Origin: Octopus sinensis
Lineage: Eukaryota
Direction: 5' to 3'
NCBI RefSeq assembly: GCF_006345805.1
Contig: NC_043004.1
Span: 5,952,001 to 6,016,000, forward strand
DNA: 64,000 nucleotides
This document shows, piece by piece, positions 35,431 to 48,321 of the stretch (positions within the stretch are counted from its first letter, which is position 1; each line of letters opens with the position of its first letter). The notes below the pieces were generated by a model. That model did no database searches. It was given only the letters and a program-made list of their open reading frames with translations, and was not told where the DNA came from. The position numbers and the translations under genes were made by a program.

Positions 35431-36064
35431 GATCATCATCATCATCATCATTTAGCATCCGCTTTCCATGCTGGCATGGGTTGGACGGTTCAACTGGGGT
35501 CTGGGAGGCCAGAAAGCTGCACCAGGCCGTCTGATCTGGCAATGTTTCTACGGCTGGATGCCCTTCCTAACGCCAACCACTCCATGAGTGTAGTGGGTGC
35601 TTTTTACGTGCCACCGGCACAGGTGCCAGATGAGGCTGGCAAACAGCCATGATCGGATGGTGCTTTTTACGAGCCACCAGCACAGAGGCCAGGCGGGGCT
35701 GGCAATGGCCACGATCAGATGGTGCTTTTTACGTGCCACCGGCACGATGTCTGTAGTACCAGTGCTGTGACCTCTGAATGGGGAGAAGTAGCAGCATGAC
35801 CCAGAGAGACTTCCTGATCTCCAAGTTACACACCCTGTTGAGTAACATTACTCCAGGGACCCTTCAGAGGAATACCATTTTGGCCTCTTGTATTCATGAT
35901 AATACTCTTTTACTCATTGCTCAACATTCATGACCATAGGTGCAGGAGTGGTTGTGTGGTAAGAAGCTTGCTTCCCAGCCACATGTTTCCGAGTTCAGTC
36001 CCACTGTGTTGCACCTTGGGCTAGTATCCTTGTGAGTGGATTTGGTAGATGGAAACTGAAAGAA

Positions 36065-37530
36065 GACAGTCATATCATCAACATCATCGTTTAACATCCA
36101 CCTTCCATGCTGGCATGGGTGGGACGGTTTGACAGGAGCCAGCCAGGCAGAAGCCTGTTTCGGCAGGATTTTTACAGCTGGACGCCTTTCCTAACACCAA
36201 CCACCCTGCAGAGTGGACTTAGTGCTTTTTATGTAGCACAAGATTTTCACAGCAGGATGCCCTTCCACATGCCAACCACTTTACAGCATGGACTGGATGC
36301 TTTTTAAGTGATACCTGCACTGACAGGGTCACCATGTAACCTGCAAGACAAAAATCTTTTGAGAGGGGAGGGGGCATTGGAAGGAGGGGATCTTATGTCA
36401 GATGATGAAAGGTTATAGTGAGACAGAGAAACAGAAACAGGTGTCTTGCTGTAGAGGAAGTTCAAGGTTACCTAGCTGGAGACAGAGACAAGGAGAGACA
36501 AAGAGAGATCATAAATGGGGATAGAAACAGGTGTGCTGCTGCAAAGGGGATACATGGTTACCCAGCCAGAGGGAAGTGCAGGAGAAGGTGAGAGAGAGAG
36601 TGGGAGACATCAGGATAGAGATGGTAGCAAAGTGCCAGGCATACTCACAAAGGATGGGGAGCAGAACATAAATGAGATGGTTGAGTAAAGACATAATACA
36701 AGTGGCAGGATATTGCCAAAGAAGCATGAGGAGGGGAAGTGAGTGGTGAAAACCTAAGTATATAGAGTAGGGGAGGGGGCTACCGGATAACAACAATACA
36801 GAGAAACAGGGCCGTGAGGACAGGATTGGTGAATGAGAGGCAGGCATAGTGCATGAAGGAGGAAATGTGAGGAAGAGAAGAGATGTGGAGATGTAGATTG
36901 GTTTGTTGGGGTAGGATGTGTGAAAAATTTTCTTGTTATGCATAGATGGAACAAACAAATTAGGGGCTAGCGAATAGCAATAATACAGTGGGACAGGGCT
37001 GAAAGGACAGGATTGGGGAGTGAGATTAAGTATAGTGGAAATGTGAAGAAGAGAAGAGATGTAGTTTGATTTGTTGTGCTAGGGTGTGTGAGAAGTTTTC
37101 TTGTTGTGTGGGTAGGACACGCAGCGATTCTAGAACTCAGTTTCGCTGATGTGGGCAGGTCTTCTCAAGAACCTCATATTGCCAGACATCTTGGTCCATT
37201 GTCATTTCCTCCGTGAGGCCCAACATCCTGAGATTGGTACTTACCACTTCATCCCATGTCTACCTGGGTCTTCCTCTTCCACAGGTACCACTTCTTTATG
37301 CAGCTGTCCTCATTCATATGCATCACTTATCCAAACCAACATAGTCTTCTCTCTTGCATGCTATATTTAATTCCTCTTACGCCTAACTTTTCTCCCAATA
37401 CATATGCATTTTGTCATACATGTGCACTGATGTTGTACATTGAACAGAGCATGCTGCCTTCATTTCTCTCCAGTCTATGCACATCTGCATTCAGAGCCCA
37501 TGTCTCACTACCATGGAGTATAGCCATTCA
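36065..37530 (-). mobile_element. RTE-clade LINE 3' fragment (end of RT ORF, 3' UTR, (GAT)n tail)
   Basis: Minus-strand AILHGSETWAL...RRLCWFG...GRPR...WDEVV, followed by a 3' UTR containing TTAGGAAAGGCGTCCAGCTGTA (family consensus TTAGGAAGGGCATCCAGCTG) and a (GAT)n tail. Confidence 0.8.
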
Positions 37531-37559
37531 TACATAAGAATCATACATGCGTGTGTGTG

Positions 37560-39630
37560 TGTGGGTATGTGTATGTATATATTTATGTGCATGTGTCTTT
37601 GTGTCTGTGTTTGTCCTCCCCCACCATCGCTTGACAACTGATGTTGGTGTGTTTATGTTCCCATATCTTAGTAGTTCAGTATAAGGCTTACAAAGAATAA
37701 GTCCTGGGGTCGATTTCTTCAACTAAAAAAAAAAACCCTTTACGGTGGTGTTCTAGCATGGTCGCAGTCAAATGACTGAAACAAGTAAGAGAATAAAAGA
37801 ATAGGCATGAAAACTGAAATGAAGCAAGTTTGACTTTTTTACCAACCTCTCCTGGCAGGTATGCAGTGAGTGTATTGGAATCAGGAAATGCCATGATATT
37901 TAGAAAAACTTGAGTGTTTGTAAAACATTGCATCAGGGTACACAGTTTATCATAACTCGTGATAAACTTTGATGCATGCACCCAGCTATGTTTTAAAACA
38001 ATTTTAATACTCATCTTTTAAAATAAGCTAAAAAAAAAAAAAATTTTGGTTTTGTGAAGTTAAAACTGAATATGATATGTTTAACCCTTTCAATGCTAAC
38101 CTGCCTGGTTCTATGACACAAACTTTAAGTTTTAAAGAGAAGTGTATTAAAACCTTCCATCAAAATTTTCTGTTAATTCATGTGTCAAACACCAGCTTAA
38201 TAACGACAAAGCTATTTTACTAAGTTCTTCATTATATTAAGATTTAACTCAAAGTGAAGCAGTGCATTTTAACAGAAATTTAGTGATAAAAGGGTCAACT
38301 CTTAACATCCAGTCCTATAATGGTTCCATTAGAGAATAGAAAATGAAGGACACAAGAAAGGGCTAGAGTTTTCTTCTTTACATTAAAGAATTCTTCACAT
38401 CTTTCAAGATGAATGTCAACAAGGTTAGTATCATTCTTGTGATATTATGCTTTTCAGGATTGGCTGACTAATGCATTCTATGCAGAACTGTATCTTACAG
38501 GAAGTAAAGAGTTAATTTTGTTTTATGGGTATCTTGGGCAAGAGCCTTCCACTATAGCTTCGGTGGATTAATGCCTTGTGAAGGAAGTTGGTCGACAGAA
38601 ACTATATGGAAGCTCATCATGTGTGTGTGTATTTGTTCCACTACTACCACCACTTAACTAATGATGGTTTGTTTATGTATGTGTAACTTAGCAGTTTGGC
38701 AGAAAGGGTCTGATAGAATAAGTACCAGACTTGAAAACATAATTGCTCGGGCTGATTTGTTTGACTGCAGATCCTTCAAGGTAATGCCCCAGCATGGCCA
38801 GAATCCAATGACTGAAAGAAGGGAAAAGACAAAAGATAAAAAAATACAATTGATTTTACTTGTAAAATACCAACCCTACTCTGTATGTGTGTGTGTGTGT
38901 GTGATCGACTTGTTGGCTGATTATCTCTTATCTTTTACTTGTTTCAGTCATTGGAATGCAGCCATTCTGGGGCATCACTTTAGTAGAACAGTTCAATCCC
39001 AGTGCTTATTTTATAAGCCTAGAACTTATTCAATTGGTCTTTTTTTGCCAATTTGCTAAGTTACAAGAATATAAACAAACCAATACTGGTTATCAAATGA
39101 TGATTTGGTGTGGGGACAAACACATACATAAAGAAACACACACATACACACATGTGCTAGTGGAATGTAAAATGCACCATTTGTGTGTGGCTGATTCCAG
39201 TGCCACCTGACTGACTCCCATGCTGGTGGCACATAAAAAGCACGATTTGAATGTGATCGATGCCAGGCCTACCTGACTGGCACGTAAAAACACCCACTAC
39301 ACTCTTGGAGTGGTTAGTGTTAGGAAGGGCATCCAGCTGTAGAAACTTTGCCAGATCAGATTGGAGTCTGGTACAGCCTCCTGGCTTGCAAGTCCTCAAT
39401 CAAATCGTCCAACCCATGGAAAGCAGACGTTAAACAACAATGATAACAATGATGATACATACATACACAACAGGCTTTTTTCAATTTCCATCTACCAAAT
39501 CCACTCACAAGGTTTTGGTCAGCCCATGGCTATTGTAGGAGACACTCACCTAAGTGCTATATGCAGTGGGACTGAACCCAGAACCCTGTGGTTGGGAAGC
39601 AAACTTCTTGCCACACAGCCATGCCTGCAC
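37560..39630. mobile_element. Several family A SINE copies/fragments (37560-37805 +, 38535-38840 +, 38925-39130 -, 39465-39630 -)
   Basis: Family motifs. Confidence 0.7.
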
Positions 39631-40442
39631 CTTGTTTAATTTTGTCTAGTAAAAGGATGTGAGATATCTTTAATATATCATCATCATCGTCGTCATTTAA
39701 CGTCTGTTGTCCATGCTGACATGGGTTGGACGGTTTGACTGGGTTGGCATGTGGAAGGCTGCACCAGGCTCCAGTCTGATTTGGCATGGTTTTCTATGGC
39801 TGGATGCCCTTCCTAACGCCAACCACTCCAAGAGTGCAATGTATGCTTTCACATGCCACCAGCGCAGGTGTCATTTGCATGACACCAGTATCTGCCACAT
39901 CTGCAATTTTGCTCAGCTTGATAGGTCTTCTTCTCAAGCACGTCTTGGTCATTGCCTCTATGAAGCCCAACACTTGAAAGGAACTCGGCCTCTTTGCCTC
40001 TTAGAGGCTCATTGCTCGAAAGGAACTCAGCCACTTTGCCTCTCTGAGGCCCAACACTCAAAATGAGCTTAGCTACCTTGCTTCTGTGAGGCCCGGGTGT
40101 GTGGCCTAGTGGTTAGAGCATATTACACTCGTGATAGCTAATCATAGGTTCAATTCCCAGACTAGGAAGTACATTGTGTTCTTGAGCAAAACACTTCATT
40201 TCACATTGTTCCAGTCCACACAGCTGTATATGGGTTAACCTGTGACAGAATATCTTTCCAATCTGGGGGAATGTTGGCCTACTCACCTACCCAGTGAGTT
40301 GGTGCCATTTGAAATCTAACGCAATGGGAAGTGCATTGTGGCCAGCGGTGTATAACAACATCTGATAGTCTGCTTGATACCATGATACCATGATATTTAT
40401 TTGATTATAAGGTAATAAGGGTGATATAATAAGTCTCTAGAG

Positions 40443-40792
40443 CAGTGTTTCTCAACCAGGGCCTATGTGGCCCCTGTGGGTCCATTTAGGGTTTTTGGGG
40501 TCTACGCAACAAAATAGTAAATCGAGGACCCACAGCAGTATTTTAAGGGCCCCTGAAAATATTTTGCTTTAGATATATGTATTGGTATGTATTGCAAGAA
40601 TCAGTAAGGTTTCTTTCTCTTACATTTTACATTGTTCAACCTACACAAGTTAATGTGTGAAAAACAAACTAGGAATTTTGAGAGAAGTATCTCTAAAATT
40701 AGTTTTTAAACATTGAATGACTAATGGGGGGTCCACCAGAATAAAAGAGTTATCAAAGGGGTCCATAGATAAAAAATATTTGAGAACCCCTG
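40443..40792. mobile_element. hAT (Charlie-like) MITE
   Basis: TIRs CAGTGTTTCTCAA...TTGAGAACCCCTG with a perfect 8-bp TSD CTCTAGAG (40435-40442 and 40793-40800). A related fragment lies at about 34320-34445. Confidence 0.85.
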
Positions 40793-40919
40793 CTCTAGAG
40801 TCATGGCTTATTGTATCTTATCCAATCTACTAAGTTTAAATCCTGCTAGGGTTGACTTTCTGTTGTGTCCTTCTAAAGGTAATTAAAGAAGTACCTGTAA
40901 TACACTGAGGTTTGTACAA

Positions 40920-41330
40920 TTCTTTGTGTTCTATTCTTTATCTTTTACTTGTTTCAGTCACTGGGCTGCTGCCATGCTGGGGCATTTCTTTGAAGGGTTT
41001 TAGTCAAATAAATAGATCTCTGTACTTATTTTTTTTTAAACCTGGTATTTATTCTATCAGTTTTTTTTCTGTTGAACTAAGTTACAGGTGATGTAAACAA
41101 ACCAACACTGGTTGTCAAGTGGTGGTGGAGGGAAAGACATACACAGACACAGATCCAAGCACACACACTGAACTTCTTATAGTTTGGCATCTACCAAATC
41201 CTCTCACAGGGCATTGTTCAACCCTAGGCTAGAGGAGAAGACACTTGCACAGGGTGCAATGTAGTGGGACTGAACCTGAAACCATGTGGCTGGAAAGCAA
41301 AATTCTTACCATACAGCGATGCCTGCAATT
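40920..41330 (-). mobile_element. SINE family A
   Basis: Reverse-complement family motifs. Confidence 0.75.
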
Positions 41331-42789
41331 ACTACAAAAAAAAAAAGAAGAAAAAGAAAGACTAGAAAGAAAAAGAATTGGCTGTGTGCCTAAGAAAGAA
41401 ATCAATATTTATCCGAGCATTACAGATACATAAGCAGTGTAGGGGATATGTAGAAAATGTTTTCTAAAAATATGCAGTTTTTAAAGACAAATGGGATGTT
41501 GTGACAGAAACAGTAAAAGTAACAAAAGACTCTGTGTGTGTGTGTGTATAGGGGACGGGGTTAGTGATTTCAGTGGGGAGCTGAGCTAAGATGTATTTGC
41601 TGACATCCATGCTGCTCCAGGTTGCAGAATAAAGGAGTGACAGAAGCAAAGACAGAGCACAGTAGATTTATTGAACAGTTTATGTGAAAAGTGCTTTGTA
41701 TTGATTATTACTGTCAGGGCTGCTGATTATTGATTTTCATATTTTTTTCCCTGTGAAGTTAGATGAGTTTTTGAGGGCAATGAATTGGGTTACAGGAGGT
41801 TGTGACAAAGATTATTTCAGCAGATTTCTACAAACAAATGGTGAAGTAGGGATAAGTCGACTAGAAGATTGTTAAGTCATGCAGTTTGTGTAAAGATGGA
41901 ATTACTAAATTTTTTAACGTTTGAAAATGTTAATTACTTGTGTTCATTATACACTGAAATAAGTGATGATCTAGAAAGTTCCAACACAGCCTAGTTGGTC
42001 AGACATTTGATTGACAAGAAACAAAGCAAAATTGTATTAAGCATACACCTTTTACATTCTTGTTTCAGTCATTAGACTATGGCCATGCTGGAGCACTGCC
42101 TTGAAGACATTTTAGTCGAATTATTCAATCTTATTTTTTTTAAGCATGGTACTTATTCTACTGGTGTCTTTTGTTGAACTGCTAAGTTACATGGGCATAA
42201 ACTCATCAACAGCAGTGTGGGACAAACAAACTTTTTAAAAAAATTAGGTCTGGGGTTGATTTTTTTCACTGAAGCCCTTTAGGGTGGTACCCCACTAAGA
42301 CCACAGTCCAATGATTGAAACAAGTAAAAAATAAAATGTGAAAACTAATTCATCTAATTTTTATTTTATCATCTTCAGAAGATTGAAAATAAAAGTTGGC
42401 CACAACAGAATTTTAATTTTCTTTTCTTCCTTCAATTTGGAAAAAGGGCAATTCCTATCACCTCCTATGTCCCTCATTTTTTTTTCAAGACTTTTGTGAT
42501 TGGAAGGAAGGATGTAAGGAAGGAAACTACCTTCAAACTGGAGTTCTGACTTGAATGCCTGCAATGGAGAGGACTTTGATGTAGTAATGTCAGACCAGGT
42601 GACAAATCAAGTCTAACACCCAAGAACTCAGAACACACACACATGCATGCACATACGCATGCGCATGCATGCACATATGCATGTGAATGCATGCACACAC
42701 TCAATGAATACTACAATGCAGTTTGTTTGATATTTAATAACTCTGCTGATCCACTATCCTGGAGATCCCCACCAAATGTACTAAGGAAT

Positions 42790-43980
42790 ATAATTAATAA
42801 AAAAAAAACGATAGAAAGGCTGTGTAAATGTTACATATGGTCCATACTGTTATATGGTGCAGGCACACGGACATTGACAAAAACTTTATCTGACAAACTA
42901 AAAAGCTTTTGAAATGTGGACATAGAGAAGAATGTTCAGAATCTTCTGGACAAAACAAAACTAATAAAAAGACTAGCTATTTTGACCCGTGCTTCGCTCG
43001 GGTTTTGGTGGTCATGTTGTTTTGTGCGTGTTGTCTCCTTTTCCCTTCCTTCTTTTGTTCGTTTTCTTTGCCTGGTTCTTTTTATTGCCCTCTTCTTTTT
43101 CTTTTTCTTCTTTTTTTATTTTATCTTCGTCTTTATCTTCTTTAAAACTCAATTTTTCCCATATTCCTCACCATGGCGACCAAACGGTAGCCCCAAGTGA
43201 CTTGCAACCCTCCTCACACCATTGCCCACCCCATTTTACCCCCCAGTGTAAATTTTGGCGCCAATCCGACCCCACCTACAGCCCCTTAAACCGTTCCCAT
43301 TCCAAAATGAGACAAATAATCAAGAAATCAAACAACTTTTTCGCATTTCAGCTTTATAGATATTGATTATTAGTCTCAACTAGCCTAAAAAAGGAAGCTA
43401 AAGTACTTTGGTAAGAGCACAAGGTACACAAAGAGTAAAGGTACACAAGAAGGAGAGATAAATGACAAAAGCTGAAGAGGAAGACCTAGAACAAATTTTT
43501 CAATATGATCTCTACAGATTTTCTTTAGACGTTAGAGCCAGTAATGAAAGCTATGACATTTCGCATATGAATAAAGAACTCCTGATATATGCTTATACAC
43601 CCATTACCTACTTTTCTATTTTTGATCACATTGTTTACATAGACGTATTTGTATACAAAACGTAGTAACTTTCAGTGGTGGCTCTAACTTCAATAGAAAA
43701 TCTGTTGAGATAACTTTAAAAAGTGATTGAGTTGCATTGCTAACACAGGTGGGACATAGTGTTGACTTATGAAGCCTTTTGTATACTTGGTTGTACGTTA
43801 CTGTTGCAAAATGAAACACAGTGTTCCTGCCAGCAATTACTAGAACAAACTGGTTTGATAACATAAAGGACTGGAGTAAATTTATCATATGGTGAATGTG
43901 TAAGAATGGCAGATGAAAGACTTAAATGGAGATCCTTGGTAGTCAACCTGCTGAGAGCAGACATCACCTAATGATGATGA
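42790..43980 (+). mobile_element. RTE LINE 3' fragment (split by Helitron)
   Basis: CYIWSILLYGAGTRTLTK...FEMW...RRMFRI, then ...MADERLKWRSLV and a (GAT)n tail. Confidence 0.75.
42972..43367 (+). mobile_element. Lep1-like non-autonomous Helitron inserted into an RTE fragment
   Basis: Starts ACTAGC...GACCCGTGCTTCGCTCGGG and ends CAAAC...TTTCAGCTTTATAGATATTGAT, resembling Lep1-type termini; splits the RTE reading frame. Confidence 0.55.
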
Positions 43981-44169
43981 CTTAAAGGAATAAAGGTAAA
44001 ACTGATCATCACAATCGGGTTTGAACTCAGAGTGAAAAGGGCCAGAACAAATACCACAAGGTAGTTTGTCTTATTTCTTAATATCCTCTGTTCCCCTCCA
44101 TTCCTCCTCTGTCTTTTTTGACTGTTGCCCTGACGTAAACAAATTCTTCCACCTCGTTGTTGTTGATTC

Positions 44170-44720
44170 TCACAGACAATATCCAAAACCTGGAAAGCAT
44201 TCTGTAATCTAACAAAGGTATGAAGAATCCAAGATATTGGCTTCAAAATAAAGCTGAAGCTGTTCAAGACATTGGTTTGACCAGTATTACTCTGCAGATA
44301 TGAAAACTGGAAAGTGACAACAATGGAAGGAAAAACAATGGACAGCTTCCAGTTCATATGTTTAAGGAGAATACACAACATTAAGTCGCTGCAAATAGTC
44401 CAAAATGACACAATTGAGATAACAACAGGCATCAACAGAATCAGTGACGGAATAAAATGCAGACATTGGAACTGGATAAGATACATCCTCAGACAAGATT
44501 GAAAAAGCGATTGTAAAGTGGCACTAAAATGACAACCTGAGGGGAAAGATGCAGCAGGGCACTCTAAAACATCATTATGAAAGACCATTAACAAGGAAAG
44601 GAAATAATGAGAAGGGTGGAGAAGCTGGATTGAGACCAGAATAATGGCAGAAAACAGATCAGGTTGGAGAGATTGTGTTGTGGCCTTTTGTGCTAAATGG
44701 CATGGAGAGAACTAAGTAAT
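44170..44720 (+). mobile_element. RTE LINE 3' fragment
   Basis: CLRRIHNIK...RHWNWIRYILR...MAENRSGWRDCVVAFCA, typical of an RTE C-terminus. Confidence 0.7.
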
Positions 44721-45654
44721 TTATCTTATGGTCTATCATCAAAATCATCATTATCATCATAGTTTAACGTCCATTTTCCATGCCGGCATAGGTTGGATGG
44801 TTTGACTGAGGTCTGAAGAACCAGCAGCTGCACCAGGCTCCAATCTGATCTGGCAATGTTTCTACAACTGGATACCCTTCTTAACGCTAACCACCCCGAA
44901 AGTGTAGTGGGTGCTTTTTACATGCCATCAGTACAGGAACCAGTCAGGTGGGTCTGGCATCGATCATGTTCAGATAGTGCTTTTTTATGAGGGCCAGTCA
45001 GGGGGTACTGGCATTGGCCATATTCGGTTGGCACTTTTTCAAGTCCCTAGCATGGGAGCCAGTCAGGCGGACCTGGCATTGACCACATTCGGATGGTGAT
45101 TTTTACATGCCACCAGCACAGGAGCCACTCAGGAGGCACTGACCACAGCTACAATATTGGTTGCAGCTGTGACCAGTGCCCCCTGCTACAACCAATATTG
45201 TAGCTGTGGCCAGTGCCCCCTGACTGGCTCTCATGCTAGTGGCATGTAAAAAGCACCATCCGAACATGGTCGATGCCAATTCCCCCTGACTGGCTGCCAA
45301 TTTGCCCCTCAGAATGGAAATTAAGTACTGTGATAAAATCGTTTTGATACTCTAATAATTCCACCATTTCACTTCTCTAAAGAGTTTACTGACTTCTATC
45401 TTAAACTAAATACTATAAAATCTGAAATTATTGGAGACATAATTTAATTCATTAGAAGGTAGCAAGTGGGCTCTCAGAAATTCCAGCTTGGTGCCTGGCA
45501 TGCTGGAAGACCACTGGGTGTGAGGCACCCCTTAACTTTTGTTAAAACATGTCTCTAGAACCTGCTTCAAACCCAGGCTGATAATCGCCTGCAATGGTCA
45601 AAAATGACAACAAAATGAACTGTTACAGATCACACTTTCCCAAAGTGTGCATGT

Positions 45655-45728
45655 ATGTGGCTGAGGACCACATGTGGCTGGGGACCACATGTGACTGGGG
45701 AATACATGTGACTGGGGATCACATGTGA
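45655..45728. repeat. 17-bp minisatellite, about 4.5 copies (ACATGTGRCTGGGGAYC)
   Basis: Direct reading of tandem units. Confidence 0.75.
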
Positions 45729-45941
45729 ACTTACATTCCCACTGAAACTTCGAACAATCGAAGTTGGCCCAACCCACCTCAGGTGAATTCTGCAACAAGT
45801 ACAAATAAGGAAGCAAGCTGGTAGAATCATTTGCATGTCAGCAGAAAAATGCTTAGCAACACCTCTTTGAACTTTTTATGTTCTGAGTTCAAATGCTACC
45901 AAGGTCAGCTTCACCTTTTGTCCTTTTGAGGTCAATACAAT

Positions 45942-46313
45942 TGTAGCGGCACAAACTGCCAGTGCCACATTGGATGAGATCTCGCAGCAGCCATTGCCAT
46001 CTCCGAGACCTCACCTGCATCCATTTGCTATGCGCGAGATCACAACGAGGCTCGCGATGGAACAATGTAGACAGAAAACCGATTGAGTCCTGTCTCTTCT
46101 CTTTCGGCACCATTTACACCGCAGCATTGGCCTGAACACCAATGCTGGCAGAGTTTTCTGCCTGTCTATCTCCAGTGGCTATGCACCCACACTATCGGAG
46201 TTTAAGATGGTAGCTGAGAGCAGCACACTTCACCTTTCCTGTAAATAAACCAGTTGTAAATAGCATTTATGCTTGAAGTGTTTTCTCTTCGCCTGCTGGA
46301 AGCCTGAACTACA
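45942..46313 (+). mobile_element. Probable solo LTR (Gypsy-like)
   Basis: TGTAG...CTACA inverted termini, internal AATAAA near 46245, GC-richer than the flanks, 372 bp, interrupts a SINE. No clean TSD found. Confidence 0.55.
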
Positions 46314-47820
46314 TAAAGAACAAGAAAGAGATGATGGAAGAAGATGATATTCCTCAGATATCATAAACCTTGCCTTCCATTACTAAACAATAAAGTACCA
46401 GTCAAGTACTGGGTTGATGTAATCAACTTGCCTTCCCCCACCCCTCGAATTTACTGACCTTGTGCCAAAATTTGAAATGATTATTAATTCATTATTAGAA
46501 GCGTTTGATATATAATGACATCAATACAGTTATAATTCATAAAGCCAAATGAGTTGGTATAATAATCAGCTGTGACTTTTAACTAACATATCAAATGGTC
46601 AAGCTAATGAGGTCAGCCTTGGCCTGTTAGAAATAGCAGCCAAATCTCTTTCAAATCAGACTCTACCTTTTTTTTTAAAGGTAGTTGTACAAATACAAAA
46701 GTGATGATTGTGAGTAGAATGCCTTTGACCATAGTACTACACAATTTGAGTCCAGATTAACCATTTTGATACAAACCCACCTGAGGCTTCCCTGTTTAAT
46801 GATACTTAAAATATACACTTTAAAGTGTTCATCCTCTTCCACCTCTTCCTCCTCATCTTCATCATCATCGTCACCACCACCATTTAACATATATTTTCCA
46901 TGCTAGCATGGGTTGCATGGTTTGACTGGAACTGGTAAGAGCAGGGGTCACACCAGGTCCTATAGTCTGTTTTGGCTTGGTTTCTGTGGCTGGATGCCCT
47001 TCCTAACGCCAACCACTCCACAGAAGTGTAGTGGGTACTTTTTGTGTGACACCAGCACAAGTAAGAACCTTCTGTCGTGTTCCAAACACCACTTTACTAA
47101 TGGAGATGGTAGTCATATTACCAAACCCACCACCACCATCACTATCATGAATTAGACTTATCTGCAGGCAGTAAGGATATATTACCACTTGTGTGAGTGA
47201 GAAAAAATGAGACAAATGAATATTGATTGATGAATGAGCTTTTGTTTACAACTTTCATGGAATAATGTGTGATTAGTTCTGCTCAGTGTATAGCAAAAAG
47301 CCCAACAAATACTGTTCACGATACAGTAAACACATTCCAGTCAGCAGATGTTGAGGTTTAGTGTATGCTTATGGTAGACTAGGAGTAAATCAATTATTTC
47401 AATGTGCTGGTGTAATAACAAGATTTGCATACCATAGTTCAACATCATCATCATCATCATTGTTATCTGTCATCATCGTCACCACCACCACCACCACCAT
47501 AATCACCATCATAATCAGCTTAATTGTTGTCATCATCATCATCATCATCGTCGTCATCGTCATTATCATTGCATCATTGTAATCATCATCATTTAATGTG
47601 CTCCATCCATGCTGGTATGGACTGGATGGTTTGACAAGAGCTGGCAAGTCAGATGGTTCCTACGGCTGGATGCTTTTCCTCTTGCCAAACACTTTACAGA
47701 CAGCACCAGGTGTTTTTTTTTATGTTGCACCAGCAACAGTGAGATCACCAAGAAACTTGAAAACAAGACCCTTCAACTAAGGCAGAGGAAATTGTATTGA
47801 AGAAGGTAGCTTTATGTTTC

Positions 47821-48321
47821 CAGGCGATGTCCGTGAGCGCAATTGCACTTGAAAGCCCATTTTATTGTGTCCACAGGCTGATATACTCATACGTACAAAA
47901 TATAGTAAATTTTTCAATCAAAATTTATACAATATTCGTATACCTATTTGAGACATAGGTTGCATTTCCACTATGACTTAAAAGGGTCAAGAATCGCCCG
48001 GTAATTGCCATTTGAATGGAAATTTTGTTTTCAGCAGAAAACACATATTGCTAGGTTTGTACCTTGAGACCCAACTACACTTTAGCTGAAAAATATAGAA
48101 TACCTCATAAGTAATATAAGCATCCTAAATTCAGTGACGGTGTAAATGAAGATGTTATGCGTTAATTCAATGTGTTAAACCTATCTTTATTAATGTATAC
48201 CAAATCATACATAGATATATACAAGAGTTACACAGATATAAAAGTTAGAACCTGTGTTCTGCCTGCAGATTTTTTCTTAGGAATTTTTTGCCTGCTGCAC
48301 TAAAAAGTTTCCCCACCCCTG
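47821..48321. mobile_element. Probable hAT-like non-autonomous element
   Basis: Right end TTTCCCCACCCCTG is a hAT-like TIR; left end CAGGCG is degenerate. Confidence 0.35.

Noticed and set aside
36509-36958. 149-aa minus-strand ORF
   Set aside because: Lies in the purine-rich 3' UTR of the RTE element.
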